Source of the DNA: Yuukianura sp. NJ FZ-2021 | Lineage: Eukaryota | Assembly: GCA_046563655.1 (NCBI GenBank) | Contig: CM102285.1 | Location: 1,922,001 to 1,986,000, forward strand | DNA length: 64,000 bases | Direction: 5' to 3' | Shown: in pieces, positions 1 to 21,825 of the stretch | Layout: each line of letters begins with the position of its first letter | Numbering within the stretch: the first letter of the stretch is position 1 | Notes under the pieces: model-generated | Told to the model about the DNA's origin: nothing | The model's database searches: none | Seen by the model: only the letters and a program-made list of their open reading frames with translations | Translations under genes and position numbers: made by a program

Positions 1-1726
1 GATACAAGTCATATTCTCAGCTAATTTTATTATTAAAAAAAAGCTTCTACCAATTTCACGTCGCCTTTTTGTCTGTTTTGTATTCCAGTATTTTAGTTTT
101 CAAATTTTTTATAAATTTTTCTATACGTGCCGCAGCGAGTATACAGTATGTAGATACTCTTGTGTAGAGAATATTTATTTGAACAGTTTTGGCTAAAAGC
201 GCGTCAAAATTTAAAATTTTGATACAAAGTTGCGCGGGAAACCGTGTGATGTGGTACTTAACATTGGCGTTTTGAACATTGCAAGTTAAAGGTGAAGTAA
301 ATGTGGCACTTGAACGCGTAAATCCAGATACAACATTTTCTTGACATTCCATTACGAAAATGAAAATTCCCGCGCGCCAATCCTCCAGTTTTCTTCCTTA
401 GTCGACTTTTCTCTTTTTCCTTAAAGGAAATGGATTTAAAGCTTCGCTCTTTAGGCTTTCACTCACTCAAACTTTCTCTGCAGCAAAGAGAAAGTAAAGT
501 CTTCACGTTCCTTTTGGCTTTTGAATTTTCCAAGTTTCAATCCCACCCCATCAGCTTCAATCATCCAAATGCGTACAAAATCTCACTTTCCCGCCAAAAT
601 TTCAAACATCTCACACGTCCAAAACTTCAAAACTTTCTTCAAAATAAATTTTAGGCACTTCTTCAAATCTTCTCTCTTTGGGTTTTGAAACTTATTTTTA
701 CAACACAATTTTAAGCTCAATTGGTTTTAATTTGATGTTGACACTGTACAGCACTAAATTGCATGTGATTGTACTTTGGCTAACTTTTGCACCAAATACT
801 TCCAAAACAAGTTTTGCATCAAAAATTTTTTACAACCTTTTACCTGAAATTGTGGCACCATTTTTGCACAAACAAAATTTTGCATAGCGTTTCCACAATT
901 TTTGAGAAAAAATTTTGACATCATTTTTACACCAGAGTAATTCTTCGAAACGTTTTCACAACTTTTGTATCAAATTTTTTTCCTTACGCTTTTATCACAA
1001 CTTCCGCAAAATTTTGTAAGGAAATTTTATACCAACACATTTGCATAGTTTTGCCAAATATTTTCGTCGAAATATCTTTAAAACTGTTACACAGAAAAAT
1101 TTTCTCAAAAACGCTTACACTTTGAATTATATTTAGATTAACTAAAGTTAATCCAAAATTTGAAAATTTGAATTCGAAAATGACTGTTATTGCGTCATGT
1201 TAGCTTTGTTTAGATTAACCTCAAGTTAGCCTAGTAATCCTACATTTTTAGGTTAGGTTACGGTTAGCTTTGTACTTCTAGGATGCTCCAACGTCAAATT
1301 TTGACCAAAGAGCAAAGATCAAAGGAGGTTGTTCAACGTTCCTTTGAGAAGACATGTACTAAAGTTTAGTTCTGGTTTCTGAGGCGCGAACCTTTGAAGT
1401 TTCAAATTGATAACTTTAGTAAAGACGAAATTGGAAGGCCTAATTTGATTACATTTGGAAAGTAGGGTCAAATTAGATTTTCCCGGTGATTCTACAAAGT
1501 CTCTTTTCCACCATCCGCTTCATTCTGGCGGGAGTTTTAGATTTTCATTAGAGTCTCTCGCACTTTCGAAGGTATAGAGGAAGGTATAAATTGAACGGCA
1601 GAGGAGCCGGAATTTGAAATTCTGGAATGAATTTTCCCTTTAGTAGCACAGTACAAAATAGAAGTAATTTTGAGCGTCGTTCAGAAGTTTCGCGCTTTTG
1701 AACCAAAAAAAAAGATTACAACTTAC

Positions 1727-10929
<9,203 letters not shown>

Positions 10930-11568
10930 TTTAACGTGAAATTTTGTTTAAGCACGACTTATGGTTGTAGCAATAGTATAAAACTTTTCACTTTTTTTCT
11001 TTAAATTTTTAAAAGTGCGTTGTTTTCTGTTTTTTAAACAATTTTTTTAAAAATTGGCCGCAAGATAGACTTTGACAGACTGGAATTATTTTTTGGAAAA
11101 AGGAAAGACGATGAACCCGGACTGAAAAACATGAAAGTTTGGTTTCCATGGCTCTATACCTTTGAGAGTTCGGTTCAAGGTCAAGCCATATTCTTCCAAC
11201 TCACCTTTTCAAAAAAGAGTGCAAAAACTTGTTTAGCTTCAAGGCACCAAAAATTTCGAAAAGGTTTGGTGAAAATGGAATGACAAAACAGAAGCACCGT
11301 GTTTATTTTCCCGCGTTTTTTTCAAACAGAAACAACAAAATTTGAGTCAGATTTGTTTTTCCAATTACGCCAATTTTTTGGCGGCACCCTTTACTTCCTT
11401 GGTGTTTGTCGATTACTCCCTCAAGAAATTGGCAAAACTTTGCAAAAAATTTTCTTAAAAGTTTTTTTTTTTGGAACGTGATACCTAAAATTTTCTTGGA
11501 AGTCAAATTACAAAGAAAATTTCTTAGTAATGAGTTTTCCAAAAATTCTTTGGAGGTGCATTTTAAAA

Positions 11569-11668
11569 NNNNNNNNNNNNNNNNNNNNNNNNNNNNNNNN
11601 NNNNNNNNNNNNNNNNNNNNNNNNNNNNNNNNNNNNNNNNNNNNNNNNNNNNNNNNNNNNNNNNNNNN
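11569..11668. other. Assembly gap (100 N)
   Basis: Exactly 100 N. The 13-mer GTGCATTTTAAAA occurs on both sides, suggesting overlapping contig ends. Confidence 0.99.
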
Positions 11669-14002
11669 GTGCATTTTAAAAGGTTTTTGATCCAGAGTTG
11701 TGCGGACAATAACATTTTCCGGTCAATATTTTTTGCAATAAAATTTGCAATTATTTTTTCACAAAGATCAGTTACCTCTCCGAAGTATTTGAAGCTAAAA
11801 ATAGACTCAAACCATAACTTACACCAAGCTCGTCAATATTGACTCACTCGAACTTCTTGCTTCATCATCACGCTAATACCCGTCAAAACACTTTTCGAAT
11901 TGATGATTCTTGTGTGCGGTTTGTGGTGAAAAGGCTGTTAATAGCTCTTGACAGGTATCTCATTAAGACCAATGCCCCGCCAATTTTCAAAAATGTGCCT
12001 ATTCTACAATCAACGTCCAGAAACGTCAACTTCTCAACTTGTACCTTTCAGCGAATTTGCACAGATTTGGACATGCCAAGTTCATTCCCTTGCAACTCTA
12101 AGAAGTCATCGGCATCTTTGTTCAAAAAATGGAATTTGAACTTACAAAGTTCAAACCACAAGCCGAAATTGCAAATTTTTCAATTTAAAAAATTCTCTAC
12201 AGTTTTTGATTCTTGTGTGTAGGAATGTAAGAAACATTTCTTCAATCAAACGCAGTACTTCTAAACAAAAAACGGCAATTTGAAGGAAAACATTTTAACT
12301 TTTTTTGTTTTTTCAAAAATTTTGTTTTAGCAAAACAAAAAAGATACAACGGTCCAGGAAGGCGTTCCAGTGAACCAAAGTTCGTATGGTTTGCGTCGCA
12401 AAAAAAGGAAATGCGAAAATGGGCTTGGCTTGTACCGGTTTATCCACTCAAACAAATGTAACAAGAATGCGAAGCGTACTTCTTCGTAAAAAAAATACGC
12501 AATTGGCAAAAAATTTCAAAACTTCCTGCGAAGAGAAATAAGTAACAACAATTAATTGTGAATCACTGTTTAGAAATGCAAGATGAAACGAAGAAAAATT
12601 AAGAACTGCGACATTTAACTAAAATGTTTATGATCGATTAGGTCATTGGAAATTTACTTTATGGCTTTCAGGTTTCCATAAAGTTTACCATTAAATACGT
12701 AATTTGACTTTTAAAACAACAAAATTCAAAATAATATTTGTCAATAAACTACCTCTAACACAACCGAAACTTCAGAAAAGTTTTTGGTAAATTTTGACAC
12801 TTTGACAATAACTATCATGTTCAGTTCGAAATGGTTCTTTATTGAAATGTGAGAAGCTGAAAATTTGAAAAGTTGATTGGACGAGATTCTCCAAGTTGGA
12901 CGTTCAGCTGCATTTCGAAAATGAATTAATTTGACGTGTTTTTTGAAAATTTGAAAAACAGTGTTTTGAGATTCCACTTTTCAGGAAAATCGTAAACCAA
13001 AAGTTGTCTATGCCAAAGGCGCCCAGGTGTCTACGGCTTCTAGTTTCACATCAACTGGTTTTCAGTAATCCTCTAATTCAATCATTACAACTAAAATATT
13101 GGTCTAATCAACTAAATTATTCCACATAACATTAGCCAACGTTGTAAAAATTTGTGCAAATTTGCTCTCCAACAGCAAAAAGTAGTGAAACTTGAACATT
13201 TTTTGTGGAAAAACTAGGTGCCAGACAGATTTGTCTCTGACAATGACAAGCTAGAATCACCAGACATCGTTAAATTTAGCATTTCAGGTTTTAGAGGTTT
13301 CGTGTTGTCACCTGATTACATTTGACCTATGGCGGGTCATTGTCCAAAAGTCACCTCCAAAAGCTTATACTGTTGAGAAAAAATTAGGCACGAAAGGAAT
13401 TGCAAATAAATTTATTAATCGCAAAAAGCTTTGCAAAAAATATTTTCATGAGGTTATGGAACTGTGGAGATCATATTTGCGGAAATATGTAGATGAGAGT
13501 TTGATGGACTATGAGAATTGTGGTTCATGTTTTGATTATTTGCAAATTTTTTGCACACCTGGAGAAGATGAGCTGTTTGATTGACAACTAAAATAAGGGG
13601 AACATCAAAAGCCGTTCTTTTGTTTCTGGATGAATGGGAAGATGAGCAGCAATAAAACTAAAACTCACCCCCGCAACATTCAAAGTGGTTGCGGTTGACC
13701 AGGTCTGCGAAATGAAGATGAGCTGTTTTTTTTTTTGCAAATTATTTTGCAAAGAAAAACTTCGTTGTTGGTACTCCAGTATTGCTTTTCGGACGAATAT
13801 ATAAAGATGCTGCGATGGTGCAAAAATGGCCAGTGACATCTTGGAACTGATAAATTTCGCACTTACGCAATATTTTTTCAAAAGATCAAAGCTATAATAG
13901 TTTCACACAAAACTCAGCGTCTAATATTATAACTCGTATTTCAAAAATTTTAAACATAAAAACGACACTTTTTATAATAAATAATTAACACATTTGTGCA
14001 AA

Positions 14003-15940
14003 ATGAAGGCGCTAAACTTTACACATTTTTTAAAAGTTTTGTATTTTGCAACAATTGTTGGTGACGCCTTGCAACTAGTCAACTCCGAATCTTATATTGA
14101 CGAAGACACAATTGTAATTGAAGGTACATTTTAAACCAAAAACATTTAAAAAAAACTTTTTTTTTTAAATTTTAAGAACATTTTAAAAAAAAAACGGAAA
14201 TTTGAAACGAAACTCTTAGATTTCAAATTAAAAATTTCAGCTGCAAGTAAGCATAGTAACCAGAATCTACGACAGAAGCGACAGACAATGATGATTTATC
14301 CTGCTCAGACACAGTTTGTGTATCCACAAATACCAAGGCAAGGTCAATCCATACCACAAAACCAGTGGTTTCAACCAGGTCAAAGGTCAACTGGAAATGG
14401 AGGTCAAAGGTCAGCTCAAAGTGGAAGTCAATGTAGAACGCTGAGTGGGACAGAAGGTCAATGCTCCACGTTGGGTGAATGCTACCCGAATATTTTCATT
14501 CAGAATCAGGACGTGGCATCGCTTCTGCTAAGAAACTTGAGTGTCTGCGCCTCACCTCCAAATAATTTAAACTATCCAAGTAAGCTAATTAAAGCTACTT
14601 TAAACTTTTTTCTATAATATTTATATAAATATTTTGATGTAATTATTTTTTGAAATATATTTACTTGTAAATATAATTATAAACTTTTTTATTTCATAGA
14701 CGGGCAGCGACTTATTTGCTGTCCAACGAGAAGAACAGCGCGAAACATTGACTTTGGCCCGAGAGTCACCAAAATTGACCCTGCACAAAAGTACTACGAC
14801 AAACAAAAACTGTGGAACTCCATTCCATTCCATTTGCGCAACATGGTTCCACCTAACGTATCCCCAGTACCTATTCAAAAATATCCATGGACGGTAAACT
14901 TAAATTTCAAAATTTCACAAAAACAAAAAAAAAAGTTTGGAAACAATTAAACAAAAATGTTATTAATGAAATTTAGGTTGCTATTATGCAAGGAGAACGA
15001 CACCATTGTGGTGGATCTCTGATCAGGTAGACGTCGAAATAAAAAAAATCATAATCTGTAACGCAACTGAAAATTTCACATTTCGCGTTGAAATACTATT
15101 GGTCCAATTGCTTAAATTTTGTTTTCGAAATTTTATTACAGCAAATTTACTGTGCTAACTGCCGCGCACTGTTTGTACAACATGGACTCTAATGCTGTTA
15201 GAAGTCTACGTGTGCTGCTTGGGCATCACGATATTTCTCGTAGCGAACAATCACACGCCACAGTTCGAAATGTCGTTAAAGCAGTTTTTCACAGAGATTT
15301 TACAATGAGAACGCTGGTATGTGGAATATATTCTGGCCGAAATTTGAAAATTTTTTTCTAAATTTGAAACCAGAAAGTTTTGAAGTATTTTTTCTTTTGC
15401 TTTTTAGCACAATGACATTGGCCTGCTCATTCTCGATTACTCCGTTCCAATGGCCGACAATGTAAACATTTCACCAGTCAAGCTCAGTTTCCGCCCACCA
15501 CCGGCAAGTGGTAAGGCGATGATTCCAGGGTGGGGTCAAATGGGTTGGAATCTTCCCGCCGCGCCGAATTTGATGGAAACCACAATTGACATTTGGACGA
15601 ACAGAAAGTGCGCGGCAATGTACGGACCACTTGCCCCAGGCGGAATTACGAACAACATGATATGTGGTTCGGCTGTTGGAAAAGATGCTTGTCGCGTAAG
15701 TTCAAAAAATGGCCGGCGTAGAATTTTCTCAACATTAAATCAAATTAATCAAGTATTTAAAAGTTTGAATTTTGTTTTGAACAGGGTGACTCTGGTTCTC
15801 CTTTGATGATTTCCGGCCAGCAAGGAGAGTTGGAGCAAATAGGAATTGTTTCTTGGGGAATCGAATGTGGGCGCTACCCAAGTGTACATACAAAGTTAGC
15901 TTCATATTTTACGTGGATTCAAAAGAATAGGCTAGATTGA
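14003..15940 (+). CDS. Clip-domain trypsin-like serine protease (7 exons)
   Basis: Signal-peptide exon 14003-14123. Six-Cys clip domain (CRTLSGTEGQCSTLGEC...VC...LICCP) across exons 14241-14579 and 14700-14893. HCGGSLI and triad motifs TAAHC, HNDIGLL and DACR|GDSGSP are present, then GIVSWG and TGA at 15938-15940. Confidence 0.93.
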
Positions 15941-17505
15941 GGTCAAAGGTTAGAAGTGTCATTTATTATTAGTCTTGGTCAAATATTCAGTCTAAAAACG
16001 CCACAATTCTTCAAATTAAGACTGAATTATGAAATATTTTCGGAAATTTGAGACATGTAAAGAAAAATTTGCTCTTAATCTTTACCAGACTCATAAGGTT
16101 TTCCTTACCAACACTTTGTGTCCATGCTAGGACTTTTTAATCTACTCTTTTATACAATTTCTAAAACGTTTTTGCAAAAAAATTTTAGTGAACTGACAAA
16201 CATTGTTAGTAATTTATTTATGTCTCAATAAATCAATAGTGATAGTATAATTTAATACTAGTGCTAAATAGTAAATTTACAGGCTTTACTCTGTCATTTT
16301 CTTTCGTACCCAAAACAGCTTCCCAGTTTGAAATGTACTACGACACACGATACTCACCTTTACTTTCTGTTTTGGTTTTAACACCCTGGCTTTCCGTCGA
16401 ATTAGTGCTACTAATTTTTGTTTGGTATAGATAATTGCGTGGTAAAGTGCCGAAATTTCGAAAAGGAACAAAATAAACACAACAACTAGTCCAAATCCCC
16501 AAATGTAAAACACCGTGCTCACATTTGATATTAGACTAAGTTTTTGTACTTGTTTAACATGGTACAATTTTGAGTCCACCTTCCAAAAACGATTTCTTCC
16601 CATCCAGGCATACCAAAACTTCAGAACTCCATTTGCAAGAAGATGTTGAGCTCTCTTGTACATTTTTGCTGATAACGCCGCATGAAATCTGAGTAGAGTA
16701 AATCCAAGCCATCTGAAAAATATTTTAGACTTTCCTTTTCTATAAGTCCTTCCGCGTTGACTCTGTGCTCTTGCAATGAAATGATCCAGAGGTGCTTCAG
16801 TATCTATGTAGCCAACATTGTCACATGTTGATGTTAGGTTAAGTACGGTGTCAATTTGAGCTGTTGTATACTTGTCGAAGTAGAGTGTAGGAGGGTGAGT
16901 TTACCTCAGTTATTTTTAGCTCAGCCCCGGGGGCTAGTCGGGCGCAATATTGGGGAGGGGAAAACCCCTCAAAAAATACATAATGACAAAATCTCAACAT
17001 CTAAAATGACAAAATGTCAACAACGAGTATACACTGATGAATCTAAATATTCATCGTTTATCCCAGCAAATTCACCGTTTAACCTAACAAATTCAACGAT
17101 TACCCTGAGAAATCCACTGATCAACCTAACAAATTCGCTAAATAACTTATGAAAATGGCCGCCTACGCTAATCCCTTTGTTGTTCAAAATTGTTGAAAGC
17201 TGTCTCTAACCGTATGAAACCGTATGTAGCCGTCTGTAACTGACTACGACGCTTCCGGAATCTATTTTTTAGAACTCGCATACACTACGCCACGTTCCCG
17301 GCCGCCGTGAAAACTTCAGAATTTGCTAATCAAAGTCTCCAGAAGTTCTCCAGTATCAAGACCGCTATCCAACTTTCCAGATCCCCCAATATTTTAAAAG
17401 ATGGCTACAGAGTACAAAGTATTCAAGCTGAAACGCTTGAACACCTCATGGCTACAGCGTTGGATTTATCCAGCCCAGTCCTGGGGGAGCCTTTGGGCCG
17501 TGTGA

Positions 17506-17581
17506 GCCAGCCATTGGAAGCCAGCCTTTGGACGCCAGCCTTTGGACGCCAGCCTTTGGACGCCAGCCCTTGGACGCCAGC
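17506..17581. repeat. 14-bp minisatellite GCCAGCCTTTGGAC, about 5 copies
   Basis: Tandem copies read directly from the sequence. Confidence 0.95.
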
Positions 17582-17606
17582 TCTCAATTCGCATGAATTT
17601 TTAACG

Positions 17607-17757
17607 TAATATAACAACTTCACTGCATAATACAATGGCCTCTCTGCATAATACAATGGCCTCTCTGTATAATACAATGGTCTCTCTGCATAATACAATG
17701 GCCTCTCTACATAATACCATGGCCTCTCTGCATAATACCACAACGTCATTACATAAT
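17607..17757. repeat. 21-bp minisatellite ATAATACAATGGCCTCTCTGC, about 6-7 copies
   Basis: Tandem copies; the source of the spurious YYAERPL repeat ORF. Confidence 0.95.
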
Positions 17758-17910
17758 GCCGAGTTTATTCTGTACAACATAGCGAGTTTGCGAGAGTAAA
17801 GTCAGACTTTGTCAATGTCACGGAAACTTACTCCGTGAGTACACCTTGCAGAGTTCTTCCTCGGGATTATTTCCCGCAGGTAACCTTCCTTCGAGAGTCA
17901 GATCATCGTC

Positions 17911-18021
17911 AATACCATGGTCACGTTGTATAATACCATGGTTACATTGTATAATACCATGGTCACGTTGTATAATACCATGGTCACGTTGTATAATGCC
18001 ATGGTCACGTTGTATAATGCC
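17911..18021. repeat. 21-bp minisatellite ATAATACCATGGTCACGTTGT, about 5 copies
   Basis: Tandem copies sharing ATAATAC(A/C)ATGG with the neighbouring 21-bp array. Confidence 0.95.
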
Positions 18022-21000
18022 TTGACTTGACTTTGTAGTGATGCATTTCTTTTGGAAATTTATCCAAAAAATTTTCTTCAACAATGAAATACGTAGTGTA
18101 AATATTTTGAATAGGTATAGAGTGGAGGTAAACAGTTTTTGAAAGTATAGTACGTAGGCGTTGGCTAACAAGGTGTTTTCTGGAGAAAGTTAACGTTGTA
18201 ATGGTCATTAGCCAGAATCGGATGTGGGAAATACAAAAGGCAAAAACGAAACCTTTGGAAAAGTATACTAACTTCTACTGAACAACGTTAAGCTTATTTT
18301 CAAGGATTAAATTATACTGAACTACACTTGGTTTAAGAAATATTTCTCGGCGCTTAAATCTTAAGCTGTAAATGTCGCGTATGCCTACCTTTTGCAATAT
18401 TTTTGCGTTTTGCATGTTCCCAGTTCGTTTTCTTGCTAATGACCTAGATATATTCAGCAGCACGTTTATGTAAAAAGTTGAATATCCAAGGAGCCCCGGA
18501 AAGTATTTTAGGTAAAAACGGATGAAATTAGGATCTTTATAAAACTCTCTGGCTGGTAGTACTGCAAATAATGCAATTGAAAATGGTTTTCGTCTCCATG
18601 CACGGGTAATGCTAAAGTTATAATTTGATGTGTCGAGTAGTATAACTGGAACAGACGTGATTGGTTCAAGTGCTATTACGTATTCAGTAGGACGCAACAT
18701 TTTTAATATGGTGACTTCGGAATCATTGTACTCTGATACAAGAGAATTAATGTTTTCAATAAATATTTCGTTTACCAATAGTTTGTTCTTATGCTGTACA
18801 TTTGACTCTTCAAATGATTGAACAATTGGTATACACCAACACAACAAGATAATTTTTAGCCCAAACGTTGATCTATTTCTGGTTAGCATGTTGAATTCAA
18901 GCAAATACCAAGCACTAATAAACTTTGTATAAATATATGCTCTGGTTGGCACCTAGGGAAGGCTTTGAGGGTATACTGGAAACTGGATTTTGAAAAGCTC
19001 TTTGTGGAAGTATTTTGCTCTGAATTTTTTTTTGTAGAAAATAAAAATGACGTCTTTGAACAAATTTAATAAGTAGTCTAAGCTAAGCATGGAAGAAAAG
19101 GAGTAAAAATTTAATGTATTTCTGAATATTAAATTACAATTTCATTTAGTGCTTTAAATGTCAGGTCATATTACCCAATATGCTCAACTTGCATAAGTTG
19201 GTGTTTAAGCGAATTGTAGTTGGTTAATTATTGTTGCATATATAACGTTGTTCAACATCAACATACCACATGCCTAAACTTTATGCCTTAAATGACTTAC
19301 TGTTCTCGAACTACTTAATCCTCTATCTTGAATGTACTGGTTATGGTTTCTGTTTGTGCAGTAGTCGCACTATTGTTGAAAACTTTGTTTTGGTATAAAC
19401 TTTTAACTGTTAAATTTAAGCAAAACTTAGAAATGAGCAACATGAAAACAAGAAGAAATTTTAGACCCTACAAGCAAGTATGGTAACGCAAAAGTCGAAC
19501 TCAAAAAAACCGCGGCATGCCGCCACTCGTTACGAAATTCAAAATTCGCCAAGAGTAGTCATTTCTAAAGTGGCGTCATTGAAATCATTGTACTGTACTA
19601 CTCTGATATTTACAACACAGAAATATAATTTTTAGTGATTTAGTATTAGCTGACTCAACCTTGTTTGACGCATTTTACCATTCTTCTAAATTGAAAAACC
19701 TCGGGATGGCGTATTCGGTTTATAAGTGTTTTTTAAACGGTATTAAAGAAACAGTCAAGATGTTGAAAACTTTCATTTTTCGCAAAGTGGATATTTAATA
19801 CAACTTTGTTCCACTTTATTATACTTGCTTAAGAAAAACTAAAAATGTGATAAATTGTGAGTTTCAAAAAAGTTCCTTGGTCACGGTGTGGTGGTTGTAG
19901 CTTCGCCTTTCGGCAAAGCCGTGTGATTAGCTGCTGCACAAGTGAAAGTCGTAAAGAGGAAATGTCACGGCATAATACATTCATCCACCATACAACCTTC
20001 CTTTTGTGTGGTTTTCTACGCTATATCATTTAGTATCCATTTCATTGCTAAGTTTTAAATCGAAACTTGAGATAATACAAAGTTTATAGCTACACGGTGA
20101 AAACGTTTTTTTTTTATTTATATGCTTCTCCATAAAAGCGTAACGCTTTTATAAATTAAAATTAACCAAAACTCTCCGTCCTATTTTTTCTCGTTTTTTT
20201 TCCTTCTTTTTTTTACAAAAGTTGTCGAAAAAGTTTAAAAAATACCAGTTCATCATACTTTCCAAATTCTCAATGCACACAAACAGAACAAATAAATTTA
20301 TTTGCCTGCCAACAGTTTGAAAAATTCTGAAAAATTTAGTACCGATTCAAGGCTCAAGTTTTAGTCAAACTTTGGTGCAATTTATCAATTTTTGTCGGAT
20401 TTTTCTTACACTCCTTCAAAAAACTGGAATGTACGTTAGGAATTTGTAGTGTAAGTTATTCCACATTATGTTAATGCCATTTTATGTTGTGTTTGTGTTA
20501 TGTCCACGGTAGTTTTATGCATGACACATTAGAATGCATTGGCCAAGTGCTTGGATCGTGTCAATACCTCAGAAGAGCTCCTTCTATCAAAAATTTCATG
20601 GTTCTCCGTATATCATTTGCACTGGGATGTCGTGTATATTCTCTGCAACTTTCTTCCTCTCCTTTCACTTCCACTTTTGGGTCGATACGACCGGCTCCTC
20701 TTCCCTTTGCTGCACGCAGATGCATAGTCTATGCTAGTCTAAGGCTGTAGTAGAAGGTTACACTAGGTTACACCTCCAAAAGGTTATACCGAAGGTTATA
20801 GTAGACGCTAAGGTTACTTTGCAGTAACCTCAGAGCTCATGCCTAGGTTAACTCTAAGTTCTGGAGGGACATTCAAACAAGCATTTTCTCCTGTCCGCCC
20901 CAACACCCTGCCTCTGCCCTGTGAATCCCTTCCAGAAAAAAGACAAACCATCCGCCCTATTATTCAAGAACTGTAAAAATCAGACCCTGAATTATTCAAA

Positions 21001-21825
21001 CAAGTATACGGAAAATCAGAGGAGCTGCAAGAGAGGGGAGCTTTTTTGGACAGACGTAGAGGAGCAGAGCAGAATTGCTTTTCCTTGTCTGTCGAACGAA
21101 CCTAACCTAACCCCAAGGCCCCTTCTTCCTAACTAGACAAGGCCCCGACAAAAATTTTGAAGTTCGGAAGTCTCCGAATCCGAACCGAACTGATTTTCAA
21201 TATAGTGAGCACAGTCATCGTCGCCCGTCTGCTCCCATGTTCAGTCACTCAGCGACGACGAGCTAAGCGGGCAGAAAGTCGAGGCCTGGGCTTCGTTTTT
21301 CAAAAAAAAAGAAGTTTTTTTGAAAACATAATCCGAATTTTACATTTCAAGCAACCTCCATATCTTTACAACAAATTTAATCAAAGTCACGCAACGTATA
21401 CAATAAACCTTCTTCCAAAGTTTGACTTTTTCAAAATTTTGAAAATTTGAGACAAGAGGAGTGAAAAGTTTGAAAAGATCGGTGGGTGCAAAAGTGAGTG
21501 TGATTTTACAGAACAAACTTTGAACATATCTTGAACAAATATCAGTTACAGTGTTGAAATTGGCGGTAATTTGACTCGTGAAAATTTGAAATCTTCCGCC
21601 ATGCAGTTAGTCCCATGTCCATTGGGACTCATATCAGATTTAATATTATCAACTGGAAGAAGTGTAACGTACTGGTAGCAGAATGGCGGAACTAGCATAA
21701 TGGAGTCGTTTAGTTTTATGGTAACGATGTATGGACTCCAGTGTTAAAATGAAGGTTTACAAGAAGACACGGGATCTACCAAATGTAGGAAATAGTAGGA
21801 TTTGATTGGTCTGTTCGCCGGGTCA

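Larger units (their letters stand above)
16286..18889 (-). pseudogene. Disrupted divergent ionotropic-receptor-like gene
   Basis: The N-terminal part (ATG 18889, signal peptide) has an in-frame TAG at 18277-18275 and breaks at about 18020 into a minisatellite-containing insert. The C-terminal part 16900-16286 has S2/M4-like sequence (CDNVGYID...LLANGVLKFW...LSLISNVSTVFYIWGFGL..FLFE). No M1-M3 region is visible. Confidence 0.6.

Noticed and set aside
56-352. 98-aa minus-strand ORF as a possible further esterase exon
   Set aside because: No esterase C-terminal motifs (HxDE/D, W.NF) are recognisable.
1125-1275. TTAGG/AACCT-rich patches (also near 20755-20855, 21100 and 26105-26125)
   Set aside because: Degenerate and dispersed, not a telomeric array; no defined unit or function can be supported.
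11303-11690. ORFs spanning X runs
   Set aside because: Artefacts of the 100-N gap.
17423-18171. ORFs with YYAERPL and HGIIQRD repeats; CRISPR-like periodicity
   Set aside because: These are translations of 21-bp minisatellites. There are no unique spacers and no cas genes, and the context is eukaryotic.
19868-19960. GC-richer hairpin segment as a possible ncRNA
   Set aside because: Only a short stem-loop; no recognisable RNA family signature.
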